From: a virus
Taxonomy: Duplodnaviria > Caudoviricetes
Strand: one strand, 5' to 3'
Length of the DNA: 41,778 nucleotides
IMG/VR virus record: IMGVR_UViG_3300049051_000014
Span: 1 to 41,778 of that record
Each line of letters starts with the position of its first letter. The first letter of the stretch is position 1. Made by a program: the position numbers and the translations under genes. Below the pieces are notes generated by a model. That model was not told where the DNA came from. It saw nothing but the letters and a program-made list of their open reading frames with translations, and did not search any database. Shown here one piece after another: positions 8,181 through 16,161 of the stretch.

Positions 8181-8792
8181 TTAAACAGGGATATGCAGGT
8201 CGTGAACGTCGCGCATGGCCAGCCACTCGCCGTTCTTGGGGCTGTACAGGCCTTCGGCGCCCATGATGCGGTCGACCAGCAGCTTCGTGCGGTGGACGTC
8301 GGTCAGGCAGTAGTCGATCACCTTGCCAATCTGGCCGCGCTGCCAGAGCACTGGCGCCAACGCTCCGTTGCCGGTCTTGCCTGGCATGCTATTGGCCTTG
8401 CAGGTGTCGTCCAGGCCGTAGCCGGCGTGCGATGGATAGCTGAATGCCGGGCCCAGGCCTGCAGCGGCCCAGAGTTCGCGCAGCACGTCATAGCAGCGCG
8501 CCTCATTCGGCGTGGCCCAACCAGTGGCGGAGAGGACCGCATTGTCGAACGGGATGCTGTTGAAGCCAATCGCCACGGGATCGCGCTCTTTCAGCAGCTG
8601 CGCCCACTCGTCGCGATTATCTTCGGTGAAGACGCGATAACGGTTTTCGTGATAGTCGTAGACACCGTTGACTGAGATACCCATGTTGGCGTGGTCATGC
8701 CAGCCGCCGCAGTATTCGATGCCCTCTTCCTTGCTGCCGTCCCGGTTCGGGATGCCGCGGATGATCTCTAGGTCGTAGATGATGATGTTCAT
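8181..8792 (-). CDS. RNase H-fold / DEDD-like 3'-5' exonuclease
   Basis: IIYDLE (ExoI), IGFNSIPFD (ExoII), YCLTDV (ExoIII); ATGA overlap. Confidence 0.75.
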   Translation of the reverse strand: MNIIIYDLEIIRGIPNRDGSKEEGIEYCGGWHDHANMGISVNGVYDYHENRYRVFTEDNRDEWAQLLKERDPVAIGFNSIPFDNAVLSATGWATPNEARCYDVLRELWAAAGLGPAFSYPSHAGYGLDDTCKANSMPGKTGNGALAPVLWQRGQIGKVIDYCLTDVHRTKLLVDRIMGAEGLYSPKNGEWLAMRDVHDLHIPV

Positions 8793-9031
8793 GCAGGGTT
8801 CCTCGTTTTGGTTTGTTGGTCGTACTGGTACTGAAGGTATGGCTTGCGGATGAAGTCGTGGAAGCGCTTCTGCGCCCGCTCGTCGCGGTCGATCTCGCCT
8901 CGGGACTTCACCTCGCAGATGGCGCGCACGCTGCTCACGGCCGTGGCCTCGTCCGGCACGCGCAGGAAGCGCTGGAAAGCTGCCTCCTTGCACCGGAGCG
9001 CGAGCCATTGGCTGATGCGCTGTGCGGCCAT
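8789..9031 (-). CDS. Phage hypothetical protein
   Basis: 80 aa ORF tightly packed between recT and exonuclease gene. Confidence 0.7.
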   Translation of the reverse strand: MAAQRISQWLALRCKEAAFQRFLRVPDEATAVSSVRAICEVKSRGEIDRDERAQKRFHDFIRKPYLQYQYDQQTKTRNPA

Positions 9032-9034
9032 CTA

Positions 9035-10075
9035 TTACTCTCCCGTCAGCGCGGCGCGGCGCTCCTGGTACAGCGCATTCAGCTTGGTCTGCTCGGCGCT
9101 GTCGAATACCTCACGGATCTCGTCGGCGATCACATCCAGCACGTCGAGGTCGCTGGCGTTGTTCAGGCGGTTGAACAAGGTCTGGTAGAGGGAGCCGCCA
9201 GCCTGGGGGGCTTCTTCCATCGCCGGCGCCGCCTCTGCCAGTTGCTCGGCCTGCTCCAGCTCGGCCATCGGCTCCACTTCGGTGAAGGCGCCGTCGATGA
9301 TCGCGCCGTTTTGCTGGCTGATGCCGGCGTCGGCCATTTCATCGATGCCGACTGCTTGCTGGATCTCGATCGAGACCGGCAGGAATTTGAACAGGCGGCG
9401 CACGACTGTCTTAAGAGCCATGGCGCTGTAGTCGGTCACCCATGGGCCGCTTTCAGCCGCCTTGCTGCGGGCGCGGACGCCCTCCACTTCGGCGCGCGAC
9501 ATGACGTCGAACTGGATGCCGCCGTCCTTCAGTTTGGCCACGGCGTAGACGAAGCGCAGCTTGTCGGGAACCGCCCGGTTCGGGTTCTGCCAGTCTGGTT
9601 CGTGCTCCAGCTTTGCATCCAGGCCCAGCTTGCAGTCGAACTTGTCGCCCTCGTAGACGGCCCGGGCGTCGATGCTCACAATCTGGCCGCTGCGACGGGC
9701 CAAGTCGATCATGCCGCGATAGCCGATGATCACCTGCGCCTCGGTCCGTTTTTGCCATTGGCTTCCGACCTTGATGTTGCGGTCGAAGGGCAGAAGGTAT
9801 GCGTGGCCCAGTGCATTGCCCGGCTCCAGGCCGAGCTGCGCGCACTGGATCACGGCGCCCAAGAATGACATCGGGTCGCACTGTGCCAACTTTGGCACTT
9901 TCCGCATTTCTGTGGTGGCGATCCGAGCCATGCGCTCGGCGGTCATGTGGCGCGGCAGCGCGGCCTTGATCTGCGCTTGCACCTTGGGATTGGCCATCAG
10001 GTGGGCCAGATCTTTCGGCTCGTCGGCCTTGGCCGGCGTGCCGGTGACAACGGATTTCAGCGCGGAGGTACTCAT
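9035..10075 (-). CDS. recT: RecT single-strand annealing protein
   Basis: ALPRHMTAERMARIATTEMRKVPKL...QLGLEPGNALGHAYLLPF...IIGYRGMIDLARRSGQI, strongly RecT-like. Confidence 0.95.
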   Translation of the reverse strand: MSTSALKSVVTGTPAKADEPKDLAHLMANPKVQAQIKAALPRHMTAERMARIATTEMRKVPKLAQCDPMSFLGAVIQCAQLGLEPGNALGHAYLLPFDRNIKVGSQWQKRTEAQVIIGYRGMIDLARRSGQIVSIDARAVYEGDKFDCKLGLDAKLEHEPDWQNPNRAVPDKLRFVYAVAKLKDGGIQFDVMSRAEVEGVRARSKAAESGPWVTDYSAMALKTVVRRLFKFLPVSIEIQQAVGIDEMADAGISQQNGAIIDGAFTEVEPMAELEQAEQLAEAAPAMEEAPQAGGSLYQTLFNRLNNASDLDVLDVIADEIREVFDSAEQTKLNALYQERRAALTGE

Positions 10076-10984
10076 TTATGCTTGCTCCTTCAGTTTGGAC
10101 AGTCGGAAGTCCACGTAACGCTGTGCGTCGTAGTGAACCGAATAGGGTTTCTTGCTGATGATCTTGCGGGTGAAGGCCATGCCATCGTTGAATTTGATGG
10201 CGCTGGCGTTGCCCATCTCAGCCAGCAGGTGAGCCTTGGAACCATCGAGGATCGCCTGGTAGTGGTCACGCATTTCAGCGGCCGTGGCCATTACCGCCCT
10301 CCAGTGCTCGTGCATGGCCGTGGCATCGATGACGGTTCCATCCGTCCCTGGATACAGACGCTTGAGGGTTTCGATCACATCCTTGTGCTCGTAATCGAGC
10401 GGCGGCTGCACCTTCGGCTGCACATATTTGGTCCAGAACTCGACGGCGCGCGCACGCATGGCGGTGATCAGTTCGTCATCTCGCTCCACGACATACGGTT
10501 TCAGGTCATCGCCGATCAGCGCGAAGGCCCTGCAGCGGCGCGCGCCCTTTATTCCCATGCCGTGCTGCACCTGGGCCACGTAGTGCAATGGCAGCTGGTC
10601 GGTATCGGTCTCGCCCCATTCCTTGGCCTTGAACGGATGGACCGTCTTGATCTCGCCGTTCTCGATCTGACCGGTTTCCTCGTCGAGATATTCGAAGTCG
10701 ATTTCGGCGGCCATGTATCCGAACTCCGGATCGATGTAGCGCTGATTACAGGCCACGATATTCAGGCCGTGCTCCTGACGGATCATATCGAGGATGTAGG
10801 GCTCCATGCGCGAGCCGCGGCGCTTGGCGTTGGCGTTTTGGCCGTTCTCGGCGCGCGGCCGGATCTTGTCCATCCAGAGGTCGACAATGTTGCGCCACGG
10901 GCTCACGCCCAAAATGGCGGCGATGTCGCTGCCACCGATGTATTTGGTACGGTCAAGCACCAGGGTTTCTTTGGATGCGTTCAT
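10076..10984 (-). CDS. YqaJ-like viral recombinase exonuclease
   Basis: IGGSDIAAILGVSPW, EIKT, HYVAQVQHGM motifs; upstream of recT. Confidence 0.9.
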   Translation of the reverse strand: MNASKETLVLDRTKYIGGSDIAAILGVSPWRNIVDLWMDKIRPRAENGQNANAKRRGSRMEPYILDMIRQEHGLNIVACNQRYIDPEFGYMAAEIDFEYLDEETGQIENGEIKTVHPFKAKEWGETDTDQLPLHYVAQVQHGMGIKGARRCRAFALIGDDLKPYVVERDDELITAMRARAVEFWTKYVQPKVQPPLDYEHKDVIETLKRLYPGTDGTVIDATAMHEHWRAVMATAAEMRDHYQAILDGSKAHLLAEMGNASAIKFNDGMAFTRKIISKKPYSVHYDAQRYVDFRLSKLKEQA

Positions 10985-11130
10985 AGGGCACCAAAATTTT
11001 GTGGGTTGAGGACTGGCGAATCGATCAGCTCGGCCAGGGCCAGCAGCACCAGCACCACGGCCATCGGCAGCCACGCGTAGGTGTCGAGCAGGTACACCAG
11101 GCCGGCGGCCAGCTGGCGCAGGCGTTTCAC
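10981..11130 (-). CDS. Small membrane protein (49 aa, not in ORF track)
   Basis: GTG start, MKRLRQLAAGLVYLLDTYAWLPMAVVLVLLALAELID...; 4-bp overlaps at both ends. Confidence 0.6.
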   Translation of the reverse strand: MKRLRQLAAGLVYLLDTYAWLPMAVVLVLLALAELIDSPVLNPQNFGAL

Positions 11131-11297
11131 GCTGGCGCTCCTTCGCGCGCGGCCTCGATCGCGCGCTGCGCTTCCTCACGGTCGACCAGCTCGCGCACCT
11201 GATACCCGCGCGCCTGCATGCCGCTGACCATGTGCGCGGGGACATTCAACCAGTGGCCGTCTTCTGGCAGCTTCACCTGGTGCAAGATCGTTTCCAT
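11127..11297 (-). CDS. Small hypothetical protein
   Basis: METILHQVKLP..., strong AGGAGGAG RBS. Confidence 0.7.
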   Translation of the reverse strand: METILHQVKLPEDGHWLNVPAHMVSGMQARGYQVRELVDREEAQRAIEAAREGAPA

Positions 11298-11321
11298 TAC
11301 TCCTCCTGTTTGCGAAAGGCT

Positions 11322-11342
11322 GGTCACCGCGTTGCGGCGACC
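11322..11342 (-). promoter_or_regulatory. Hairpin/cruciform downstream of VR2
   Basis: GGTCGCCGC-AAC-GCGGTGACC, stem identical to that after VR1. Confidence 0.8.
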
Positions 11343-11354
11343 CGGGACCAGTGT

Positions 11355-12083
11355 TCAGAGACCCTTGGTGCAGCGGAACCCGACGTAGCCGCGCCCGACG
11401 TCGGGCCAGCCGTAGTCGAGACGGAAGACCCCGGCATTCGACCCGGAGCCCCAGTAGCCGCCGCGGACGAGCGCATAGCCCGACCAATCGGCGCCGGCAC
11501 GCGGCCGCCAGCCCATGCCCTTCTCCATCGACGGATAGGGCGCGGTGGCGATCGACGGCGAATCGGCAGTGAAGGCCTTGGCGACCAGGCCGTCCGCATC
11601 GCCCTGCACGTCATCGAAGACCCAGCTGTAGACGCAGCCGGCCACGTCGAACACGGTCTCGCCGTTGGAGAGCAGGAAGGCGCGCTTCTGCTGCTCGTAG
11701 GTGCCGGTCGGCGCTTCGTCCAGGTCGTAGTCGTCGTGCAGGCCCATGTTCAGGGTGCCCTCGCCGACCGCGCGGCCGGACCAGTTGGCAGCCACGTTGA
11801 AGACGTTCCAAGCCAGGGCCAGCGCCTGCGACTCGCGGATCAGTTGGCCGCCCATGGCCTCGCACTGCAGCTTGGCGTCAGCGAAGTCGATTTCCACCCA
11901 TGGCGGCAGATCGGCGTTCACCACCGGCTGGCGCTCATCACCCTTCGCGATGTGGAACTGGCTGACCAGGAAGGCCGGCACGACCAGGCCGTTCGGCAGC
12001 GTGGTTTCAGGGACGGTGACGAAGCCTGATGCGCTGACCACGGCTGCAGGTGCTGCTTGTTCGATGACGCTTTCATTGCTCAT
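11355..12083 (-). CDS. DGR target protein 2 (remote), FGE-sulfatase/CLec-fold paralogue of target 1
   Basis: ATG 12083 with GGAG RBS; FVTVPETTLPNG, PWVEIDFADAK, VFDVAGCVYSWVFDDVQG, LVRGGYW...VGFRC; VR2 at 3' end. Confidence 0.9.
   Translation of the reverse strand: MSNESVIEQAAPAAVVSASGFVTVPETTLPNGLVVPAFLVSQFHIAKGDERQPVVNADLPPWVEIDFADAKLQCEAMGGQLIRESQALALAWNVFNVAANWSGRAVGEGTLNMGLHDDYDLDEAPTGTYEQQKRAFLLSNGETVFDVAGCVYSWVFDDVQGDADGLVAKAFTADSPSIATAPYPSMEKGMGWRPRAGADWSGYALVRGGYWGSGSNAGVFRLDYGWPDVGRGYVGFRCTKGL
11371..11486 (-). repeat. DGR variable repeat VR2
   Basis: 22 mismatches vs TR, all at TR adenines. Confidence 0.95.
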
Positions 12084-12274
12084 TTGCGACTCCAATATGT
12101 TGTTGGTGGGTGGGAGGGGCTTTGACCATGTCCCCCATGGGCCTGTGCGCGTTCAGGCTCGCGGCCCCTCACGTAGGGCGAACGGGGCATTCCAGATCCC
12201 ACTGCATCAATTTCCTGAGCCGAAAGCAGGCCAACCGGGGGATTTGACGAAGGCCACCCGGGCCAACGTGGTGC

Positions 12275-12571
12275 TCAGTACGCCACGGCCATTTCCCGGG
12301 CCCAGGTGAAGTTGTCGATGCGCTGCTCGTCGCGGCTCGCGGCCTTCCAGGTCGGCGCCATGAACTCCGCCCAGCCCACGATCGACTGGTCCAGCTCGTC
12401 GCTGATCAGGTTGCTGATGTCGACCGTGGTGCCGGCCAGGCCAATCGCCTCGGGGATAAAGCTGCCGTCGCCGTCGAACTGGCCGTACACGTCCAGCAGC
12501 AGGCCCTCGTGGACGAAGGTGCCGATGAAGCGCTTGCTCTTGATCTGCGGCTGGTTGGTGAGGGAAGACAT
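12275..12571 (-). CDS. Hypothetical protein, first gene of leftward early operon
   Basis: ATG 12571 with GGAG RBS, just downstream of PL. Confidence 0.65.
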   Translation of the reverse strand: MSSLTNQPQIKSKRFIGTFVHEGLLLDVYGQFDGDGSFIPEAIGLAGTTVDISNLISDELDQSIVGWAEFMAPTWKAASRDEQRIDNFTWAREMAVAY

Positions 12572-12599
12572 GGTGTGCTCCGTGTTTGTCGTTGGAGTC

Positions 12600-12639
12600 A
12601 TTAAACACCATGTTTAAACACGAGTCAAACATTTTGTTT
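12600..12639 (-). promoter_or_regulatory. PL promoter with OL operators
   Basis: TTGACT-17bp-TTTAAT on minus strand overlapped by palindromes AAACA-N3-TGTTT at 12603-12615 and 12627-12639. Confidence 0.85.
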
Positions 12640-12650
12640 AAACACGTGCG

Positions 12651-12673
12651 AAAAAAAACCCGCCGAAGCGGGT
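12651..12673 (-). terminator. Rho-independent terminator of the cI operon
   Basis: ACCCGC-TTCG-GCGGGT followed by a long T-run. Confidence 0.85.
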
Positions 12674-12701
12674 CATTGGACTATTTGATGGGCCGCGGCA
12701 A

Positions 12702-12932
12702 CTACTTAGCCGACGGATTAAAGAACCCAGACAAGATCCATCGGGTTATGCCATGGGTGATCTTGTAGAAGGCCGCAGAAAGCACGAGGCCCAAGATGAC
12801 TGCGACGAGAATATGCCAAATGTTGCGATCACTCCTATCGAGGCTGACGACCAGCACCCCGAGAAAGATAAGGATGGAAAAAAATCCCCAAATGACTGCG
12901 CTTAATCGTGTCAGTCCAAGATAAAAGTTCAT
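12702..12932 (-). CDS. Two-TM membrane protein in immunity region
   Basis: 76 aa, two hydrophobic helices, AT-richer than phage core. Confidence 0.65.
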   Translation of the reverse strand: MNFYLGLTRLSAVIWGFFSILIFLGVLVVSLDRSDRNIWHILVAVILGLVLSAAFYKITHGITRWILSGFFNPSAK

Positions 12933-12966
12933 CGCTGTCCTCTGTTCGCCCCTTGCTAACCGCGCC

Positions 12967-13251
12967 TCATTGGCAGCTGAAAAGCACTTCACTTTCAGGC
13001 CACCGCCCGAATGCACCTGCCGGTATTTCCTTGCTGTGTACTACCTTCACCTTCTTTCCGGTGTTGGCGCAAAATTTGTCCGCCTCCTGGATGGCGGCAA
13101 CTTTCAGCGATTCAGTGGTTACCCAGAACCCATTACCTTGGCGCGTTACCGTGTACATGCCCTCATTCCGAGGCACGATACCGGTCGTGGGTGTGGAACA
13201 TGCGCAAAGCAAAGCCAATACAGTGAAGATGACTCCAATTTTCATCATCAA
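12967..13251 (-). CDS. Small lipoprotein co-transcribed with cI
   Basis: Signal peptide with lipobox LCAC; start overlaps cI stop. Confidence 0.75.
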   Translation of the reverse strand: MMMKIGVIFTVLALLCACSTPTTGIVPRNEGMYTVTRQGNGFWVTTESLKVAAIQEADKFCANTGKKVKVVHSKEIPAGAFGRWPESEVLFSCQ

Positions 13252-13937
13252 ATCCTCTCACTTTCCTTTCTGACTACCCTGCCGACAATAATGCACATGT
13301 CTCCCTCGCAGCGCTTGCGCGAGTACTTGCGTTGGTCCGGGTGATCGGACGACAGCCACCACATGCCGCCGTCGCGCACCAGGCGCTTGATGACTGCCTC
13401 ACCCTCATAGTTCACGGCGTAGACCGCGCCGTCGACAGGCCGAGTGTCCGCGGTGTTGATGATGACCGTGTCGCCAGCATACAGGGCTGGTTCCATGCTC
13501 TCGCCTTTTACCTCCACCGCCAGCAGGCGCTCGGGGATGTAATCGTTCTTTTCCACCCAGCGGCGCGGCACGGTGGTCATGCCATGCTCCCGACGATCCG
13601 GCTCGGTCTGGAAGCCCATAATCCCTGCTGACAGCTTTAACTTCACCTTTTGAATCCCAATCAAGTCCGGATCACTCGGGTCCGCGATTATCACCGGCCG
13701 ACCTTCCGTAGCCCAACCAGGTGTAACTGTCATCTCGCCTTCGCCGGTGTCCAACCAGCTTACCGAGCAGCCTATCGCGGCCTGGGCGTTGATCATGCCC
13801 GCCTTTGAAATGCCCCTCACCTCCCAGTTGTTCAGTGTCTGCGGGGAGGAGTTCAGTGCGCGGGCGAGATCCGATTGACCCCGGATCCCTTTGAGGGTCT
13901 CGGCCGCGAAGTAGAGGCGTTTCATCTGTTCATGCAT
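13248..13937 (-). CDS. cI: CI-like repressor (HTH + S24 peptidase)
   Basis: HTH QSDLARALNSSPQTLNNWEVRG; VKGESMEP (catalytic Ser) and VIKRL (Lys); divergent from cro. Confidence 0.92.
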   Translation of the reverse strand: MHEQMKRLYFAAETLKGIRGQSDLARALNSSPQTLNNWEVRGISKAGMINAQAAIGCSVSWLDTGEGEMTVTPGWATEGRPVIIADPSDPDLIGIQKVKLKLSAGIMGFQTEPDRREHGMTTVPRRWVEKNDYIPERLLAVEVKGESMEPALYAGDTVIINTADTRPVDGAVYAVNYEGEAVIKRLVRDGGMWWLSSDHPDQRKYSRKRCEGDMCIIVGRVVRKESERI

Positions 13938-13959
13938 AGGCGGCATTGTCGAGGCAACT

Positions 13960-14013
13960 AAACAAGCTGTGTTACACATTTTGTTTGACTCTGTTTTAAA
14001 CATGGTGTTTAAT
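13960..14013 (+). promoter_or_regulatory. PR promoter with OR1-OR3 operators
   Basis: TTGACT(13985)-17bp-TTTAAT(14008); operators AAACATGGTGTTT 13998-14010, ACACATTTTGTTT 13974-13986, AAACAAGCTGTGT 13960-13972. Confidence 0.85.
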
Positions 14014-14045
14014 CCGAACAGTAACCCCACATTTCCGGCGACATC

Positions 14046-14240
14046 ATGACCAACGACAAACAACTGATCGAAGACCTCGGCGGCCCGGCGAAGGTCGCCG
14101 AACTCCTGGGCTACAAGAAGCACGGCGGCGTTCAGCGCGTCCACAACTGGACTCTGCGAGGCATCCCTGCCGCAGTGAAGCTCGCTCACCCCGAAATCTT
14201 CCTCAAGAAAACCGCAGACACCACCGCCCAGGCGGCGTGA
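14046..14240 (+). CDS. cro: Cro-like repressor
   Basis: 64 aa HTH (LGGPAKVAELLG...VHNWTLRGIP), divergent from cI. Confidence 0.85.
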   Translation: MTNDKQLIEDLGGPAKVAELLGYKKHGGVQRVHNWTLRGIPAAVKLAHPEIFLKKTADTTAQAA

Positions 14241-14310
14241 AGTACAGGGTCGCGCTATGCGGCCCATTTTTCCGCCTACCACTGATAACTACTGATAGAG
14301 AAAAATATCA

Positions 14311-14676
14311 ATGAAGATCACTTCCCCCACCGCCCAGCTGGTGCTGGACTTCGAGCCGGGGCTGGTTGAGCGCTTCCGCAGCCTGCGGGAATGCGTCGCG
14401 TCCGGCGTCTACCAGCGCGGCCTCAAGCGGGTCGCCGCCGATATGGACCAGGCCCCGGGCAATCTCTCCGTGCAGCTGGCCGACGACTCCCAGCGCCACT
14501 TCAGCGTCGACAGCCTGGAACGCTACGTCCAGGTCACCGGCGACCTCACGCCGATTTACTACCTGGCCGAGCGCTACCTGGCTGACCGCAACGCCGCGCG
14601 CGAAGCCGCGCATGCCGAAGTGCTGGTGGAGCTGCAGAAGCTCCAACGTGTCATGAAGAAGGCGGGCTTGGCATGA
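14311..14676 (+). CDS. CII-like transcriptional regulator
   Basis: Position after cro; HTH-like LKRVAADMDQAPGNLSVQL. Confidence 0.65.
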   Translation: MKITSPTAQLVLDFEPGLVERFRSLRECVASGVYQRGLKRVAADMDQAPGNLSVQLADDSQRHFSVDSLERYVQVTGDLTPIYYLAERYLADRNAAREAAHAEVLVELQKLQRVMKKAGLA

Positions 14677-14843
14677 GCGAATTCATCGTATCCATCGACC
14701 ACATCCGCGAGAAGGCCCGTGCTGCGCACGCCGCCGGCGCCGGGCGCGACGATCACCACATGAACTGGCACGCTCCCGCCCTGGTCACCTGGCAGGACGA
14801 ATGGGACCGCTGCGAGGCCGCGCAACAGGAGCAAGCAGCATGA
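14673..14843 (+). CDS. Small hypothetical protein (56 aa, not in ORF track)
   Basis: MSEFIVSIDHIREKARAAHAAG...; ATGA overlaps at both ends. Confidence 0.6.
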   Translation: MSEFIVSIDHIREKARAAHAAGAGRDDHHMNWHAPALVTWQDEWDRCEAAQQEQAA

Positions 14844-15247
14844 AGGGACGCACCTACACCGGCGCCCGAATCGGCATCCTACGCATGAACCGGGTTATCG
14901 AAATGGCACGCGCCGAGGGCGTGCTGACCATCAAGGCCGTGGCGGCCGAATTCGACTGCTACGAGCAGTCCGCGAAGAAATACCTGCAGCGCCTGGTCGA
15001 CCTGGGCCTGATGACCGAGCGCCCAATGCTGCAGAAAAACTCGGTCCGGCTGTTCGACCTGGTGCCCAGCGCCCAGCTGCTGGAGGTACCAGTGCCGAAG
15101 CAACATCGCCCGAGCGTCAAGAAGCCGCGGCGCCCCATCGTGGTCGATGATTGCTGCCGCCGCGTGTTCACCGTGCCGGCGGCCCAGGTCGGCATGCGGC
15201 GCGATCCGCTCGTACAGGCCTTGTTTGGTGACCGGAGGGCCGCGTGA
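14840..15247 (+). CDS. Winged-helix DNA-binding protein
   Basis: LTIKAVAAEFDCYEQSAKKYLQRLVDLGLM. Confidence 0.6.
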   Translation: MKGRTYTGARIGILRMNRVIEMARAEGVLTIKAVAAEFDCYEQSAKKYLQRLVDLGLMTERPMLQKNSVRLFDLVPSAQLLEVPVPKQHRPSVKKPRRPIVVDDCCRRVFTVPAAQVGMRRDPLVQALFGDRRAA

Positions 15248-16161
15248 GGGTAATCGACCTGTTCGCCGGCGCCGGAGGCTTCAGCGAAGGCGCACGCCTA
15301 GCTGGCCACGAAGTGGTGTGGGCCGCCAACCACTGGCAGGCAGCTGTCGATACGCATGCAGCAAACCACCCGGGCGCCATCCACGTGTGCCAGGATCTCC
15401 ATCAAGCCAACTGGGCGCTCGTGCCGCGGTTCGACCTGATGCTGGCGTCCCCCTGCTGCCAGCGCCATAGCCGCGCCTCAGGGGTGAAGTCCGACGAAAT
15501 CCCGCTCTATGACCCGAGCAGGTCGACGGCCTGGGCGGCTGTTTCCTGCGCGGAGGCACACAAGCCGGCGGCGTTCGTGATCGAGAACGTCCCCGAATTC
15601 CTCAAGTGGAAGCTGTATTCGGCCTGGTGCGCGGCGATGGAAGCATTGGGATACCGGCTCACCCCGATGATCCTTGACGCAGCCGACAGCGGCGTGCCGC
15701 AGAACCGCAAACGCCTGTTCATCTTAGGTGTGCGCGCCAGCCGCCCCATCCTGTTGAAACTGCCTCAGCGCCAGCAGCTGCCAGCGAGCAGCTTCATTGA
15801 CTTCGATGCTGGTGATTGGAAGCCGATAATTGAAAAGGTCCCGGCCACACAGGCGCGCGCCGCGCGTGGACGCGCCAGCTTTGGTGACCGTTTCGTAATG
15901 CCCTACTACGGCAAAGGCTCCGGGCTCACTGGGCGTTCAATTCACCGCCCGATCGGCGCGATCACCACGAAGGACCGCTGGGGTGTCGTCAGCGGCGACC
16001 GCATGCGCATGCTCTCAAAAGACGAGTGTCGCGCTGCGATGAGCTTTTCGAAAGACTACATCCTGCCGCACCAGCACCAGTTGGCCGTGCACATGCTCGG
16101 CAACGCTGTGGCGCCTCTGCAGGCCCGGGATGTAATCCTAGCACTGGAGGCCGCCCTGTGA
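15244..16161 (+). CDS. DNA (cytosine-5) methyltransferase, orphan
   Basis: DLFAGAGG (motif I), SPCCQ (IV), IENV (VI), QNRKR (VIII), LGNAV (X). Confidence 0.92.
   Translation: MRVIDLFAGAGGFSEGARLAGHEVVWAANHWQAAVDTHAANHPGAIHVCQDLHQANWALVPRFDLMLASPCCQRHSRASGVKSDEIPLYDPSRSTAWAAVSCAEAHKPAAFVIENVPEFLKWKLYSAWCAAMEALGYRLTPMILDAADSGVPQNRKRLFILGVRASRPILLKLPQRQQLPASSFIDFDAGDWKPIIEKVPATQARAARGRASFGDRFVMPYYGKGSGLTGRSIHRPIGAITTKDRWGVVSGDRMRMLSKDECRAAMSFSKDYILPHQHQLAVHMLGNAVAPLQARDVILALEAAL

Noticed and set aside
13938-14282. N-terminal extension of cI to 344 aa given by the ORF track
   Set aside because: Would overlap cro and the OR operators; the HTH begins shortly after 13937
15244-16161. Methyltransferase as part of a restriction-modification system
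   Set aside because: No adjacent endonuclease; orphan MTases are common in phage replication regions
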